Notes: generated from the sequence alone by a model not told the origin. Shown: positions 1 to 10,405, numbered from the stretch's first letter. The stretch is DNA of 64,000 nucleotides from an uncultured Lachnospiraceae bacterium (GCA_900315495.1 OMZJ01000115.1:29109-93108); one strand, 5' to 3'. A program made the numbers and translations.

Positions 1-1236
1 GTTCCAGGCCTCGATGGAGCGGCCCGACGCCTTGACCATACCGGCCTCACTGGCATTGGCAAAAACCAGAACCGGCCGGCTGTATTTCTCGCGGAGCCTC
101 CCGGCGATGATACCGGAGACGCTCTCGTTGCTGTCCCCGAGATCAACCAGGAAGATCGGATCATCCCGCCGGTCCGAGGCTTCGATCAGCGCAATTGCCC
201 GGTCTGTCCCGTCCTTCGTCAGGTCCTTTCGCTCTGCGTTCAGCGCGCGGAGCTCCTCGGCATACGGCTGTGCCTCCTCTTTCGACTGGCTCTGCAGCAG
301 GCGGAACGCCGTCTCCACCGTGGCCAGCCGCCCGGAGGCGTTGAAGCTCGGCCCCAGAATGAATCCGATATGATAGGAAGAAATCTGCTCCGGCGTCAGT
401 CCGCAGGCCTGGGTCAGGGCCAGAAGCCCGGGGCGCGTCGTCTGATGCAGGCGTTTCAGCCCTTCCCGGACGATCACCCGGTTTTCCTCCGTCAACGGCA
501 TTACATCCGCCACGGTGGCAATCGCCGCGTAATCCAGGAATCCTTCGATTTCATCCGCGGGCTTTCCCGCCCGCTCATAGAGGATCTGCATCAGTTTGTA
601 GGCCACACCGGTTCCGCACAGTTCCTTGTACGGATAGGTGTCGTCCTCCTGCCAGGCGTCGACCACCGCGTCCGCCGCCGGAAGATGACAGCGCTTTTCG
701 CCGTCCGCTTCCTCGAAGGGAATCTCGTGATGATCGGTCACGATGACGGTCATGCCCATGTGCTTTGCCATCTCGATCGGTGCAAAGGCGGCGATGCCGT
801 TGTCACAGGTCAGGATGGTCCGGCATCCCGCGTCAAACGCCTGCGCGACAATCCGCCCGTTCAGCCCGTATCCTTCTGAAATCCGGTTGGGGGTGAACAG
901 CTGCGGCCTGCCGCCGAGCGCCTTCAGACCCTCATACAGGAGTTCCCCGGAAAAGATGCCGTCGACATCGAAATCGCTGGCGATGGCAATGCCGCTGCCC
1001 TCCTCGATCGCCGACATCAAAAGATCTGCGGCGCGGTCGGCGTCCCGGAGCCGGTGCGGATCGTTCAGGGATTCCGTTCCTCCGTGCAGGTAAGCCCGGA
1101 TTGCTTTCTCTCCGACGATCCCACGATTTCGCAGAATCCGCGCAATCACCGGGTCAATCTGAAATTTCGCCGCGATCTCGGCGAAATCCGCCTTTTTGGC
1201 GTACAACAGCCACTTTTCTTTCTGTATTGCCGGCAT
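1..1236 (-). CDS. recJ: Single-stranded-DNA-specific exonuclease RecJ, N-terminal part (gene runs off left window edge)
   Basis: Absent from the ORF track because it is open at the edge. Reverse-strand translation from ATG 1236-1234 reads MPAIQKEKWLLYAKKADFAEIAAKFQIDPVIARILRNRGI...IASDFDVDGI...ILTCDNGI...VIVTDHHEIP...GTGVAYKL, the DHH-family motif series of RecJ. The + strand ORFs 14..373, 370..879 and 743..1093 are Arg/Ser-rich antisense shadows. Confidence 0.88.
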   Translation of the reverse strand, partial: MPAIQKEKWLLYAKKADFAEIAAKFQIDPVIARILRNRGIVGEKAIRAYLHGGTESLNDPHRLRDADRAADLLMSAIEEGSGIAIASDFDVDGIFSGELLYEGLKALGGRPQLFTPNRISEGYGLNGRIVAQAFDAGCRTILTCDNGIAAFAPIEMAKHMGMTVIVTDHHEIPFEEADGEKRCHLPAADAVVDAWQEDDTYPYKELCGTGVAYKLMQILYERAGKPADEIEGFLDYAAIATVADVMPLTEENRVIVREGLKRLHQTTRPGLLALTQACGLTPEQISSYHIGFILGPSFNASGRLATVETAFRLLQSQSKEEAQPYAEELRALNAERKDLTKDGTDRAIALIEASDRRDDPIFLVDLGDSNESVSGIIAGRLREKYSRPVLVFANASEAGMVKASGRSIEAWN

Positions 1237-1248
1237 TCCTCGTTCCCT

Positions 1249-2946
1249 TTACTTCTCTGTGCGCCGTTCCTTCTCGGCGAGATCTTCCCCGTCAAAGCAG
1301 GCCTCAATGGATGTCCCCGGAGCGACCATCGGGAATACCTTGTCGTCCTTTCCGATCACCGCATCAATGACCGCTGGGATATTGAGCGCGATCGCATCCT
1401 GCAGGGCACGGTCAAACTCTTCCTTTGTGGTCACCGTATAAGCCTTTGCTCCCATGCCTTCCGCCACCTTCGCGTAATCCACCCGGTCCTCCAGAACCGT
1501 CTGGGAGTAGCGCCGTCCGTAGAAGAGATCCTGCCACTGGCGGACCATACCCAGCACGTGGTTGTCGAAGATGACCTCGATCACCGGGATATTGTAGCGG
1601 GTGGCTGTGGCAATCTCGTTCATGTTCATGCGGAAGCATCCGTCGCCGGCACAGTTCACGACGATCTTATCCTTCTGCCCCATCTTCGCGCCGATGGCCG
1701 CGCCCAGGCCGTAGCCCATCGTTCCGAGGCCGCCGGAGGTGAGGAGCGTGCGCGGCTCGCTGTAGCGATAGTACTGCGCCGCCCACATCTGGTGCTGGCC
1801 GACCTCGGTGGTGATAATCGCCTTTCCGCGCGTCATCTCATAGATTTTCTCGACCATGTAGGGACCGGTCAGCACGCTGTGATCATAGTGCATCGGGTGT
1901 GCCGCCTCATAGGCCTTGATTTCGGCAATCCACTGCGCGTGGTTCTGCCGGGTCAGCTTCGCGTTCACACGCTTCAGAATTTCCCGCACGTCGCCGATCA
2001 CCGCGGCATCCACCCGGATGTTCTTGTTGATCTCCGCCGGATCGATGTCAAACTGCAGGATCTTTGCCTCCGAGGCGAAGGATACCGCACTGCCGTACAC
2101 GCGGTCCGAAAACCGGGTTCCGACGGCGATCAGAAGGTCACAGTGGCTGACACCATGGTTGGACGCTTTGGTTCCGTGCATGCCCAGCATCCCGGTGTAG
2201 CGCGGATCACAGCCGTCGAACGCTCCCTTTCCCATCAGGGTATCGCAGACCGGGGCGTCGACCAGATCCACAAACTTTGCGAGTTCATCGGAGGCATCGG
2301 ATGCGACCGCGCCGCCGCCCACGAAGATATAAGGCCTGCGGGAGGCCAGAATCATGGCTGCTGCCCGGTCCACCGCGTCCTCCCGGATGGTATCTGTCAC
2401 CGGAAGAATCGGCACCGGCTTCTCCGGCGTATACTCGCACTCCGCCGCCGTGACATCCTTGGTGATGTCAATCAGGACCGGGCCTTTCCGGCCGGAACCG
2501 GCGATCTGAAACGCCCGGCGGATCGTCGTCGCAAGCTTGTTCACATCCTTGACGATGAAATTGTGCTTGGTGATCGGCATCGTCACCCCGGTGATGTCAA
2601 TCTCCTGAAAGGAATCCTTGCCGAGGAGAGATCTGCCGACATTGCAGGTGAATGCCACGATCGGAACGGAATCCATGTAGGCGGTCGCGATGCCGGTGAC
2701 GAGGTTGGTCGCACCGGGGCCGGAGGTGGCCAGGCAGACACCGGTCTTCCCGGTTGCCCGCGCATAGCCGTCCGCAGCATGGGCCGCCCCCTGTTCGTGG
2801 GACGTGAGGATGTGGGTGATTTCGTCCCTGTGCTTGTACAGGGCATCGTAGACATTGAGGATGGCACCGCCCGGATACCCGAACACGGTGTCAACTCCCT
2901 GCTCTCTGAGGCATTGAATCAGAATCTCAGAACCATTCAGCCGCAT
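1249..2946 (-). CDS. ilvB: Acetolactate synthase (acetohydroxy-acid synthase) large subunit
   Basis: 565 aa. N-terminus is MRLNGSEILIQCLREQGVDTVFGYPGGAILNVYDAL. It has TPP-enzyme motifs SGPGATNLVTG and GLGTMGYGLGAAIGAK...NCAGDGCF. It lies 12 nt downstream of ilvD. Confidence 0.93.
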   Translation of the reverse strand: MRLNGSEILIQCLREQGVDTVFGYPGGAILNVYDALYKHRDEITHILTSHEQGAAHAADGYARATGKTGVCLATSGPGATNLVTGIATAYMDSVPIVAFTCNVGRSLLGKDSFQEIDITGVTMPITKHNFIVKDVNKLATTIRRAFQIAGSGRKGPVLIDITKDVTAAECEYTPEKPVPILPVTDTIREDAVDRAAAMILASRRPYIFVGGGAVASDASDELAKFVDLVDAPVCDTLMGKGAFDGCDPRYTGMLGMHGTKASNHGVSHCDLLIAVGTRFSDRVYGSAVSFASEAKILQFDIDPAEINKNIRVDAAVIGDVREILKRVNAKLTRQNHAQWIAEIKAYEAAHPMHYDHSVLTGPYMVEKIYEMTRGKAIITTEVGQHQMWAAQYYRYSEPRTLLTSGGLGTMGYGLGAAIGAKMGQKDKIVVNCAGDGCFRMNMNEIATATRYNIPVIEVIFDNHVLGMVRQWQDLFYGRRYSQTVLEDRVDYAKVAEGMGAKAYTVTTKEEFDRALQDAIALNIPAVIDAVIGKDDKVFPMVAPGTSIEACFDGEDLAEKERRTEK

Positions 2947-2958
2947 ATCGTTCCTTTC

Positions 2959-4629
2959 TCAGTCTTCCGGGGTTTTCAGAATCGCGCCTTTGTCGGCAGA
3001 GGTGACAAGGGATGCATACCGGGCAAGGTAGCCGGTCGTCACCTTCGGCTTTCTCGGCTTCCACTGTGCCCTGCGGGCTGCCAGCTCCGCGTCGGACACT
3101 TCCAGCTCCAGCTTGTTTTCCGGAATGTTGATGCGGATGAGATCCCCCTCGCGCACCAGCGCAATCGGGCCGCCGACAGCTGCCTCCGGCGACACATGGC
3201 CGATCGCCGCGCCGCGGGACGCACCAGAGAACCGTCCGTCCGTGATCAGTGCGACCGTCGAGCCGAGGCCCATGCCGATGATGGCGGAGGTGGGGTTGAG
3301 CATTTCTCTCATGCCCGGGCCGCCCTTCGGTCCCTCATAGCGGATGACGACAACATCGCCCGGGACGATCTTTCCGCCCTTGATGGCGGCGATGGCGTCC
3401 TCCTCACAGTCAAAGACCCGTGCCGGTCCCTCGTGCACCATCATCTCCGGAGCCACTGCAGATCTCTTGACGATGCCGGAATCCGGGGCAAGGTTGCCGC
3501 GCAGCACGGCGATGCCGCCGTTTGCGCTGTACGGGTTGTCAATCGGACGGATGACCTCCGGGTTGAGGTTTTCCGCACCTGCAATGTTCTCGCCAACGGT
3601 CTTTCCGGTGACGGTCATGCAGTCCAGCGAAAGCAGGTTCTTTTTGGACAGCTCCTTCATCACCGCATACACGCCGCCCGCCTCGTTCAGCTGTTCGATG
3701 TAGGTGCGGCCGGCCGGTGCCAGATGGCACAGATTCGGCGTATGGCTGCTGATATCATTGGCCATGTCCAGGTTGATCTCCACACCCGCCTCGTGCGCGA
3801 TCGCCGGAAGATGGAGCATGGTGTTGGTGGAACATCCGAGGGCCATATCCACCGTCAGGGCATTGCGGAACGCCGCCGGCGTCATGATGTCCCGCGGAAG
3901 GATATTCTGCTTCAGCATCTCCATCACCTGCATGCCGGCGTGCTTGGCCAGGCGGATGCGGTCGGAATAGACCGCCGGGATGGTGCCGTTTCCGCGCAGG
4001 CCCATGCCGATGGCCTCGGTCAGGCAGTTCATGGAATTGGCCGTATACATGCCGGAGCAGGAGCCGCAGGTCGGGCAGGTCTTCTCCTCATACTCGGCCA
4101 GTTCCTCCGCGCTGATCTTTCCCGCCGTGTAGGCGCCGACCGCCTCAAACATCGTGGAAAGGCTCGTGCGCTGTCCGTGGATGTGTCCGGCTAACATCGG
4201 ACCGCCGGAGACAAAAACGGTCGGAATATTCAGCCGTGCGGCCGCCATCAGCATGCCCGGCACGTTCTTGTCGCAGTTGGGCACCATCACCAGCGCGTCA
4301 AACTGATGCGCAATGGCCATGCACTCGATGGAATCGGCGATCAGGTCGCGGGTGACCAGCGAATACTTCATGCCGATATGGCCCATCGCAATGCCATCGC
4401 AGACGGCGATCGCCGGGAACATCACCGGCATGCCGCCGGCCTCGGCCACGCCGAGCTTTACGGCGTCTACGATCTTGTCGATATTCATATGGCCGGGAAC
4501 AATCTCGTTATAGGAGCTGACAATGCCGATGAGCGGCTTGTCCATCTCTTCCCGGGTAAAACCAAGCGCATGGAACAGGGACCGGTGCGGTGCCTGCTGT
4601 GTTCCCTTCTTCACGTTGTCACTTTTCAT
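2959..4629 (-). CDS. ilvD: Dihydroxy-acid dehydratase
   Basis: 556 aa. Typical IlvD/Edd sequence: [54 protein letters not shown]. Confidence 0.96.
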   Translation of the reverse strand: MKSDNVKKGTQQAPHRSLFHALGFTREEMDKPLIGIVSSYNEIVPGHMNIDKIVDAVKLGVAEAGGMPVMFPAIAVCDGIAMGHIGMKYSLVTRDLIADSIECMAIAHQFDALVMVPNCDKNVPGMLMAAARLNIPTVFVSGGPMLAGHIHGQRTSLSTMFEAVGAYTAGKISAEELAEYEEKTCPTCGSCSGMYTANSMNCLTEAIGMGLRGNGTIPAVYSDRIRLAKHAGMQVMEMLKQNILPRDIMTPAAFRNALTVDMALGCSTNTMLHLPAIAHEAGVEINLDMANDISSHTPNLCHLAPAGRTYIEQLNEAGGVYAVMKELSKKNLLSLDCMTVTGKTVGENIAGAENLNPEVIRPIDNPYSANGGIAVLRGNLAPDSGIVKRSAVAPEMMVHEGPARVFDCEEDAIAAIKGGKIVPGDVVVIRYEGPKGGPGMREMLNPTSAIIGMGLGSTVALITDGRFSGASRGAAIGHVSPEAAVGGPIALVREGDLIRINIPENKLELEVSDAELAARRAQWKPRKPKVTTGYLARYASLVTSADKGAILKTPED

Positions 4630-4736
4630 GGATTTTCCTCTTTTTATCGTCGGGATCCGGCCGCCGGTGTGCGGTCCCGGCCGGATGATGTTATTTTGCG
4701 TGATTTTCCGGCCTGGACGTGCGGCAGTGCGGCCGA

Positions 4737-5834
4737 TCAGTATTCTTCCTTCAGCATCGCGTCCGTGATCAGATCGCCCATCTGGGTGGTGCTGACCTTT
4801 GTGCAGCCCTCCGACCAGATATCCGGCGTGCGGTATCCCGCATCCAGCACATGGTCGACCGATCTCTCCACCAGATCCGCCTCCTTGTCCAGGCTCAGCG
4901 AATAGCGCAGCAGCATGGCGGCTGACAGGATGGTCGCGATCGGATTGGCCGTGTTCGTCCCGGCGATATCCGGCGCGGAGCCGTGGGTTGGCTCGTACAG
5001 ACCCAGTGAGCCGCTGCCGAGGCTGGCGGACGGAAGCATGCCGATGGAGCCGGTGATCATGCTGGCCTCGTCAGAGAGGATGTCGCCGAACATGTTCTCG
5101 GTGAGAATGACGTCGAACTGCCCCGGATTCATCACCAGCTGCATCGCGCAGTTGTCCACCAGCATGTTGTCAAGCTGCACGTCCGGATAGTCCTTTGCGA
5201 CCTCGGCTACCACGGATCTCCAGAGCCTGGAGGAATCCAGCACGTTGGCCTTGTCCACGGAGGTGACATGCTTTCTGCGCTTCTGCGCGACCTCAAAGGC
5301 GCGCACAGCGATGCGTCGGATCTCTTCCTCATTATAGACCAGGACGTCCGTCGCGGTGCGGAGGCCTCCCACCGTCTCCGTCTTGTGGGTGCCGAAATAC
5401 AGTCCACCGGTCAGCTCCCGCATGATCACAATGTCAAAGGCATTGCCGGAGACCGAATCCTTGAGCGGGCAGGCGTCCGCCAGCTGCGGCATCAACCGCG
5501 CCGGGCGCACATTGGCAAACAGCTCCAGGCCCTTGCGGATGGCCAGAAGCCCCGCCTCCGGACGGAGGGAAGGCGCCACGTCATACCAGCGGGAGTTGCC
5601 TACCTTGCCGCCGACCGCGCCGAGCAGGACAGCATCCGAGGCCTTGGCCTTTGCCAGAGTCTCCGCCGTGAGGGGCTCGCCGTACGCGTCAATCGAGCAG
5701 CCGCCCATCAGAAGTTTCTCATACGTGAATGTGTGTCCCGAGATCTCCGCGACCCGATCCAGAATCTTCTTTGCTTCGCCGACAATTTCCGGTCCGATCC
5801 CGTCTCCGGGAATCAGAGCGATTTTATACTCCAT
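4737..5834 (-). CDS. leuB: 3-isopropylmalate dehydrogenase
   Basis: 365 aa. [18 protein letters not shown], plus the iso(propyl)malate dehydrogenase signature [26 protein letters not shown]. Confidence 0.95.
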   Translation of the reverse strand: MEYKIALIPGDGIGPEIVGEAKKILDRVAEISGHTFTYEKLLMGGCSIDAYGEPLTAETLAKAKASDAVLLGAVGGKVGNSRWYDVAPSLRPEAGLLAIRKGLELFANVRPARLMPQLADACPLKDSVSGNAFDIVIMRELTGGLYFGTHKTETVGGLRTATDVLVYNEEEIRRIAVRAFEVAQKRRKHVTSVDKANVLDSSRLWRSVVAEVAKDYPDVQLDNMLVDNCAMQLVMNPGQFDVILTENMFGDILSDEASMITGSIGMLPSASLGSGSLGLYEPTHGSAPDIAGTNTANPIATILSAAMLLRYSLSLDKEADLVERSVDHVLDAGYRTPDIWSEGCTKVSTTQMGDLITDAMLKEEY

Positions 5835-5884
5835 GATTCATTCCTCCTGCTGGTTCCAGTCTGAACGGCCCGCGGTCCGCAGAC

Positions 5885-5913
5885 GGAAAAAGCGGCAGAC
5901 ACCAGGCCTGCCG
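5885..5913 (-). terminator. Putative rho-independent terminator or 5' hairpin between the yerC-like gene and leuB
   Basis: The minus strand reads CGGCAG-GCCUGGUGU-CUGCCG followed by CUUUUUCC. It sits 95 nt after the YerC-like stop and about 50 nt before the leuB start. Confidence 0.45.
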
Positions 5914-6008
5914 TTAATGTTAATCCTTTATGGTTTTGTTTTCAAGCCCTGCCAATTCCACAGGTAAGACTCATTAAAGAATGTCAAAGAAGGATAAATA
6001 AGATCAGG

Positions 6009-6323
6009 TTACCCCTGCTCTTCTTCGTCTTTCCCCGCGGAATTCAGACGGCCGAGAACCATCGCGTAGGAATCGTTGCCGTAATTGAGACTGCGGTTGA
6101 CCCGGCTGATGGTCGCCGTGGAGGCCCCGGTTGCCTCGCTGATTTCCATATAGGTGCGGCCGCTTCGCAGCTGACCCGCCACCTCGAGCCGCTGTGCCAG
6201 GGACTGCAGCTCGTTGATCGTGCAGAGATCCTCAAAGAACTGATAGCATTCCTCCCGGTTTTTCAATGTCAGAATGGCATCAAACAGATGATCGACTTCC
6301 GGCGTGTGTAACTTTTTCTGCAT
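6009..6323 (-). CDS. TrpR-related YerC/YecD family DNA-binding protein
   Basis: MQKKLHTPEVDHLFDAILTLKNREECYQFFEDLCTINELQSLAQRLEVAGQL...TYMEISEATGASTATISRVNRSL (C-terminal HTH). I moved the start to internal ATG 6323 because AGGAGGGUGAG lies directly upstream of it. Confidence 0.75.
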   Translation of the reverse strand: MQKKLHTPEVDHLFDAILTLKNREECYQFFEDLCTINELQSLAQRLEVAGQLRSGRTYMEISEATGASTATISRVNRSLNYGNDSYAMVLGRLNSAGKDEEEQG

Positions 6324-6433
6324 CTCACCCTCCTGCAGCCAGTGGTGCGGGCCGTCTTCCCCGGCGGTATGCACCTGATCCACTGCTCAGCACTTTAACA
6401 CGCTGAATTTAAAAAGTCAACCGTTCACCCGTT

Positions 6434-7210
6434 TCAACAGTCCTCCCGGCGGTCTGCTGCAGCGTCCGACAGTCCCTTGGATACCAGCGCGGCAAGCACC
6501 GGAAGCATCTGCTCCGTCACCCGAAGATTTCCCGAAAGAACGGCGGGCTCCGCCTCAGGACGTGCCTCGCCGCAAAGGTCGCACCCGATCATCCGGGCCT
6601 CGCCGCAGGCGCGCCGGATCAGATCCATGGACGCATCCGCACGCAGATTTCCCTGACTCCAGTCCGTCTGAAACACTGCCGGGGAGAGCAGATCCCGGTC
6701 AAAGGACAGGTAGAAGGGGAGACCGTCCGCGGCCAGTGCCTGCTTCCACTCTGCTTCCCGCGCGGCCAGCTCCGACTCCCGGATCCACAGAATCTCCTTT
6801 CCCTCCGGCACCTGATCCGGAAGGCCGCCTTCCTCCGGCCCCAGAAGCACCGCGCCGCGGCACATCGGGAGGTTCTCCAGGCTCCGGGCGGCCCAACTGC
6901 CGCAGGTGAGAAGCCCCGGACCGAAGACGCTCTCCTGCAGATCCGTGTGATGATCCAGAAGGAGCAGGCGGAACGGCGTTTCGATCTTCTCCAGAAAAAA
7001 CAGGCTCAGGTAATGGCAGTCCCCGGAATCAATCCGGTGAACGGCATCCGCCGGAATCTCCCGGATTCTCTGCCGGATGCGGGATGCCGCCTCGTCATCG
7101 CAGAAAAAGCCGGTTCCCCGGATGTCTGTCAGATCCGTCACCATCTGTCCCGGCCGCACGGCACTGCCGTCGATCTCGTATACGCCTGTCATGCTGAGGG
7201 TATATATCAT
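6434..7210 (-). CDS. Arginase/agmatinase/formiminoglutamase (ureohydrolase) family protein, substrate unknown
   Basis: Motifs match the binuclear-metal ureohydrolase pattern: SGDCHY (GGDHS-like), LLLLDHHTDL (DAHxD), LSFDRDLLSP (SxDxDxxDP). I placed the start at ATG 7210, preceded by AGGAGAGAG. Confidence 0.55.
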   Translation of the reverse strand: MIYTLSMTGVYEIDGSAVRPGQMVTDLTDIRGTGFFCDDEAASRIRQRIREIPADAVHRIDSGDCHYLSLFFLEKIETPFRLLLLDHHTDLQESVFGPGLLTCGSWAARSLENLPMCRGAVLLGPEEGGLPDQVPEGKEILWIRESELAAREAEWKQALAADGLPFYLSFDRDLLSPAVFQTDWSQGNLRADASMDLIRRACGEARMIGCDLCGEARPEAEPAVLSGNLRVTEQMLPVLAALVSKGLSDAAADRREDC

Positions 7211-7322
7211 CTCTCTCCTGTTTTTCATTGCCGGGAATTTCCGGCTGTGGTATACTGAAACTACTGTTTGCTGCGGCAAAGTGATGAAAATCAAACAAGT
7301 CCTGCCGCCGGAAAGGAACCGA

Positions 7323-8624
7323 ATGTCTGCAGATAAAAATCAATTTGCACTGACACCGCCCATGGGGTGGAATTCCTACGATTATTATGACACAACCGTC
7401 AACGAGGCGGAAGTGCGTGCAAACGCCGAATACATGGCGTCTCATCTTCTCCCGTACGGGTGGAACTACATCGTCATCGACATCGAATGGTACGCCGTCA
7501 ATGCCGGCTCCCAGCGTCCGGAGGTGCAGTATATTCCGTTTGCAAAGCCGGCGATGGACGAATACTCGAGGCTGCAGCCAGATCCGGCGCGCTTTCCGTC
7601 CTCGGCCGGCGGCAGGGGATTTGGCCCTCTGGCCGACTATATCCACAGCCTCGGCCTGAAATTTGGCATCCACATCATGCGCGGCGTTCCGCGGTATGCC
7701 GCCCATCTGCACACGAAGGTTCTGGGCACCGGCGTGACGGCTGACCAGATCGCGGACGCATCGAGCATCTGCCCGTGGAATCCCGACATGTACGGCGTGA
7801 AGAATACGCCGGAAGGCCAGGCGTATTATGACTCTCTGCTGCAGATGTATGCGGACTGGGGGATCGACTATATCAAGTGCGACGACATTGCGGCCTCGAA
7901 ATTGTATCCGGGGTACCCGCTTTTCTCGCGGGCAGAGATCGCCATGCTGCACCGCGCCATTGAAAAATGCGGGCGCCCGATCGTCCTGAGCCTTTCTCCG
8001 GGGCCTGCCTCCATCGAGGACGCCTGGTTCTACGAGGAGAACGCCAACCTCTGGCGCGTCTCGGACGACTTCTGGGATGACTGGAAGGCCCTGCTCCACA
8101 TGTTCGAATACTGCGAGCTGTGGCAGCGGCATGTCTCCCCCGGATGCTACCCCGACTGCGACATGCTGCCCTTCGGAATCGTCGGCGGCGGCTTCAAGGA
8201 TGAACGCCATACGCACTTTACCTTTGAAGAGCAGAAAACGGTCATGAGTCTGTGGTGCATCTTCGGTTCCCCGCTGATGCTGGGTGCCGAGATGACGAAG
8301 ATGGATCCGCAGACGGAGAGTCTCCTCACCAACCGGGATCTGCTGTCCCTGCTGGATCCAGAGCGCTTCCGCCGGCAGGTGAGACGGAATGCGGATTCCG
8401 CTGTGTGGATGAGCACCGCGCGGCAGGCCGGCGGCAGGCTTGCCGTGGCTCTCTTCAATCTGCAGGACCAGGAGGCGGAGGTTTCCGTCTCGGAGGATGA
8501 GCTCTTCGTTCCGCTTCCCGCACAGATGAAGGAGTGCTGGAGCGGTACCCATGTCTGCCCGGTGAACGGATCCATCACCCGGAAGCTTCCGGCCCACGGC
8601 GCCGCAGTGCTGATCGGCTGCTGA
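7323..8624 (+). CDS. Alpha-galactosidase, GH27-like
   Basis: MSADKNQFALTPPMGWNSYDYYDTTVNEAEV...WNYIVIDIEWY...DYIKCDDI...LSLSPG are melibiase-type motifs. The start is ATG 7323 (SD-like GGAAAGGAA); the alternative is 7284. The upstream part of ORF 7077.. overlaps the divergent gene. Confidence 0.8.
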   Translation: MSADKNQFALTPPMGWNSYDYYDTTVNEAEVRANAEYMASHLLPYGWNYIVIDIEWYAVNAGSQRPEVQYIPFAKPAMDEYSRLQPDPARFPSSAGGRGFGPLADYIHSLGLKFGIHIMRGVPRYAAHLHTKVLGTGVTADQIADASSICPWNPDMYGVKNTPEGQAYYDSLLQMYADWGIDYIKCDDIAASKLYPGYPLFSRAEIAMLHRAIEKCGRPIVLSLSPGPASIEDAWFYEENANLWRVSDDFWDDWKALLHMFEYCELWQRHVSPGCYPDCDMLPFGIVGGGFKDERHTHFTFEEQKTVMSLWCIFGSPLMLGAEMTKMDPQTESLLTNRDLLSLLDPERFRRQVRRNADSAVWMSTARQAGGRLAVALFNLQDQEAEVSVSEDELFVPLPAQMKECWSGTHVCPVNGSITRKLPAHGAAVLIGC

Positions 8625-8771
8625 GCCCGGTACCGCCTGTGCGGGAGCACTGTCTGCGGCCGGTGCGGCCGCCGGATCCGCGTATCGCGGAGCAGGGCGC
8701 AGAGCTTCCCGCCGGGTATTCCGGCGGTTGTCAAAGAACCCGCTGTGGGAAAGGGAAAAGCAGAGATTACC

Positions 8772-9656
8772 ATGGATTATACAGGATATGAGCTCTACCA
8801 TCGGAAATGGTCCTACCGGCCTGGATTTCCGTGTTCGAGCAATGTGGTCCGCATTCCGGAGGATGAGCCGGTGATTCCGCTGCATCACCACAATGAGGCG
8901 GAATTGATCCTTGTTCTGGAAGGCGAAGCGACCGTCACCATTGATCTGGAGCCCTACACGGCTGTGGAAGGGACCATCCTGATCATTCGGCCGGACCAGC
9001 TGCACGCGATGGAATGTGCACCGGAGAACCATCTATCCTTTCTGGATCTCACGTTCCACCTTGACCTTCTGGAAAGCCAGTATCCGGATCTGTGCAACAA
9101 AGACTATTTTGATCCCATCCGGAACGGTGCCGTCACACTGCCCTCCTGCGTCACGGCGGATCTTCCCTGGTATGACGCCATGGAAAAATGCATCCGCGGG
9201 ATCGATGAGCTGTGCCGGTGGGTACCGGAGGCCTGGCCGCTTGCCGTCAAGAGCCGCCTGTTCCAGCTGTTTTACATCCTGTATTACAACAAGACCGAAC
9301 GTCCGCCGCGGACGCATCCGCAGAAGTCTCTGGACAAGGCAAGATTTCTGACCGACTACATCACAAAGAACTGCCGGGAGCATCTGACGGTCCCCGGCAT
9401 GGCCGACCAGGTCGGTCTGAGCGAATCCCAGTTCATGAAATTCTTCCGCTCGTCTTTCGGCATGACTTTCGTGGACTATCTGAATGACTGCCGGCTGATT
9501 ACCGCGGCGATTCTTCTGACCGGAACCGACAAAAATATTCAGGATGTGGCCGTGGAATGCGGCATCCCCAGCATCGGCCATTTCAACAAGATTTTCAAGA
9601 AAAAATTCGGCGTGACGCCGTCCCGCTACCGGAAGGCCCGCGGGAACCTGAAATAA
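8772..9656 (+). CDS. AraC family transcriptional regulator (cupin sensor domain plus HTH)
   Basis: The N-terminal cupin reads PLHHHNEAELILVLEGEATV. The C-terminal AraC HTH reads LTVPGMADQVGLSESQFMKFFRSSFGMTFVDYLNDCRL...IGHFNKIFKKKFGVTPSRYRK. Confidence 0.85.
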   Translation: MDYTGYELYHRKWSYRPGFPCSSNVVRIPEDEPVIPLHHHNEAELILVLEGEATVTIDLEPYTAVEGTILIIRPDQLHAMECAPENHLSFLDLTFHLDLLESQYPDLCNKDYFDPIRNGAVTLPSCVTADLPWYDAMEKCIRGIDELCRWVPEAWPLAVKSRLFQLFYILYYNKTERPPRTHPQKSLDKARFLTDYITKNCREHLTVPGMADQVGLSESQFMKFFRSSFGMTFVDYLNDCRLITAAILLTGTDKNIQDVAVECGIPSIGHFNKIFKKKFGVTPSRYRKARGNLK

Positions 9657-9766
9657 AGTATGATACCGGATATGGCTCTGCGGCTGTTCTTCTGCTCTGC
9701 CGTAAAAGGTCGATACAGGGAGCCTGGTATGCGGCAGATCCGGTAGAAAGAAAAGAGAAGGAAAAT

Positions 9767-10405
9767 ATGCTATCTGTCAAAGAAACTTCCGTAATGAATT
9801 TTGAAAATGCCATCCGCGGCGCCAGAAATCCGATGAACAGCTGGAAGCGCATGGATTCCCATACCGACGAAAACGGAAATTTTGTCTTCGGGCCCAACGA
9901 TCTGGATCTGGCAGTCCGGCTTGTCACGTCGGGGACGGATCACCGCAAGTTCATGCGGATGATCTTTGTATGCGCCGATGTCACCGCGCCGATCTACTGG
10001 TGGAAGGAATACGACACCTACAAGATCGCCACCGTGGCAAATTCCACGAGCACGATGCACAAGATTGCCAGCAAACCGTTTCAGATGGAGGACTTCTCCA
10101 CCGATCACATGACGGATTCCACGAAGGAATTCATGGAGACCATTGTGGAACGGCTGGAATCCATCCGCCGGAAGTACAAGGAAACCAAGGCGAAGGAAGA
10201 CTGGTATGACCTGATTCAGCTGCTCCCGGAGAGCTACAACCAGATGCGCACCATCAGTCTGAACTATGAGACACTGTTTAATATCTGGCACGCGCGCAAG
10301 GACCACAAGCTGCAGGAATGGCACACCTTCTGTGACTGGATCGCCACACTCCCCTATGCCAAAGAGCTGATCATGGTCGAAAAGAAGCCGGAAGGCCGGA
10401 CTTGA
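9767..10405 (+). CDS. ThyX (Thy1)-fold protein with a degenerate active-site signature; function unknown
   Basis: 212 aa starting at ATG 9767 (SD GAAGGA). It follows the ThyX pattern along its length (AIRGARNP..., SGTDHRKFMRMIFVCADVTAPIYWW..., LNYETLFNIWHARKDHKLQEW). The RHRxxSxxxxSxR position reads TYKIATVANSTSTM. Confidence 0.6.
   Translation: MLSVKETSVMNFENAIRGARNPMNSWKRMDSHTDENGNFVFGPNDLDLAVRLVTSGTDHRKFMRMIFVCADVTAPIYWWKEYDTYKIATVANSTSTMHKIASKPFQMEDFSTDHMTDSTKEFMETIVERLESIRRKYKETKAKEDWYDLIQLLPESYNQMRTISLNYETLFNIWHARKDHKLQEWHTFCDWIATLPYAKELIMVEKKPEGRT

Noticed and set aside
1054-4194. 1046-aa + strand ORF spanning the ilvB/ilvD region.
   Set aside because: It is antisense to two unmistakable genes (ilvB, ilvD). 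Its composition is extremely Arg/His/Gly/Leu-rich with no recognisable motif. This is the typical stop-free shadow frame of GC-rich coding DNA.
7095-9032. 645-aa - strand ORF opposite the GH27 and AraC genes.
   Set aside because: It is antisense to two well-supported + strand genes. It is Arg/Pro/His-rich, has no motifs and no SD.
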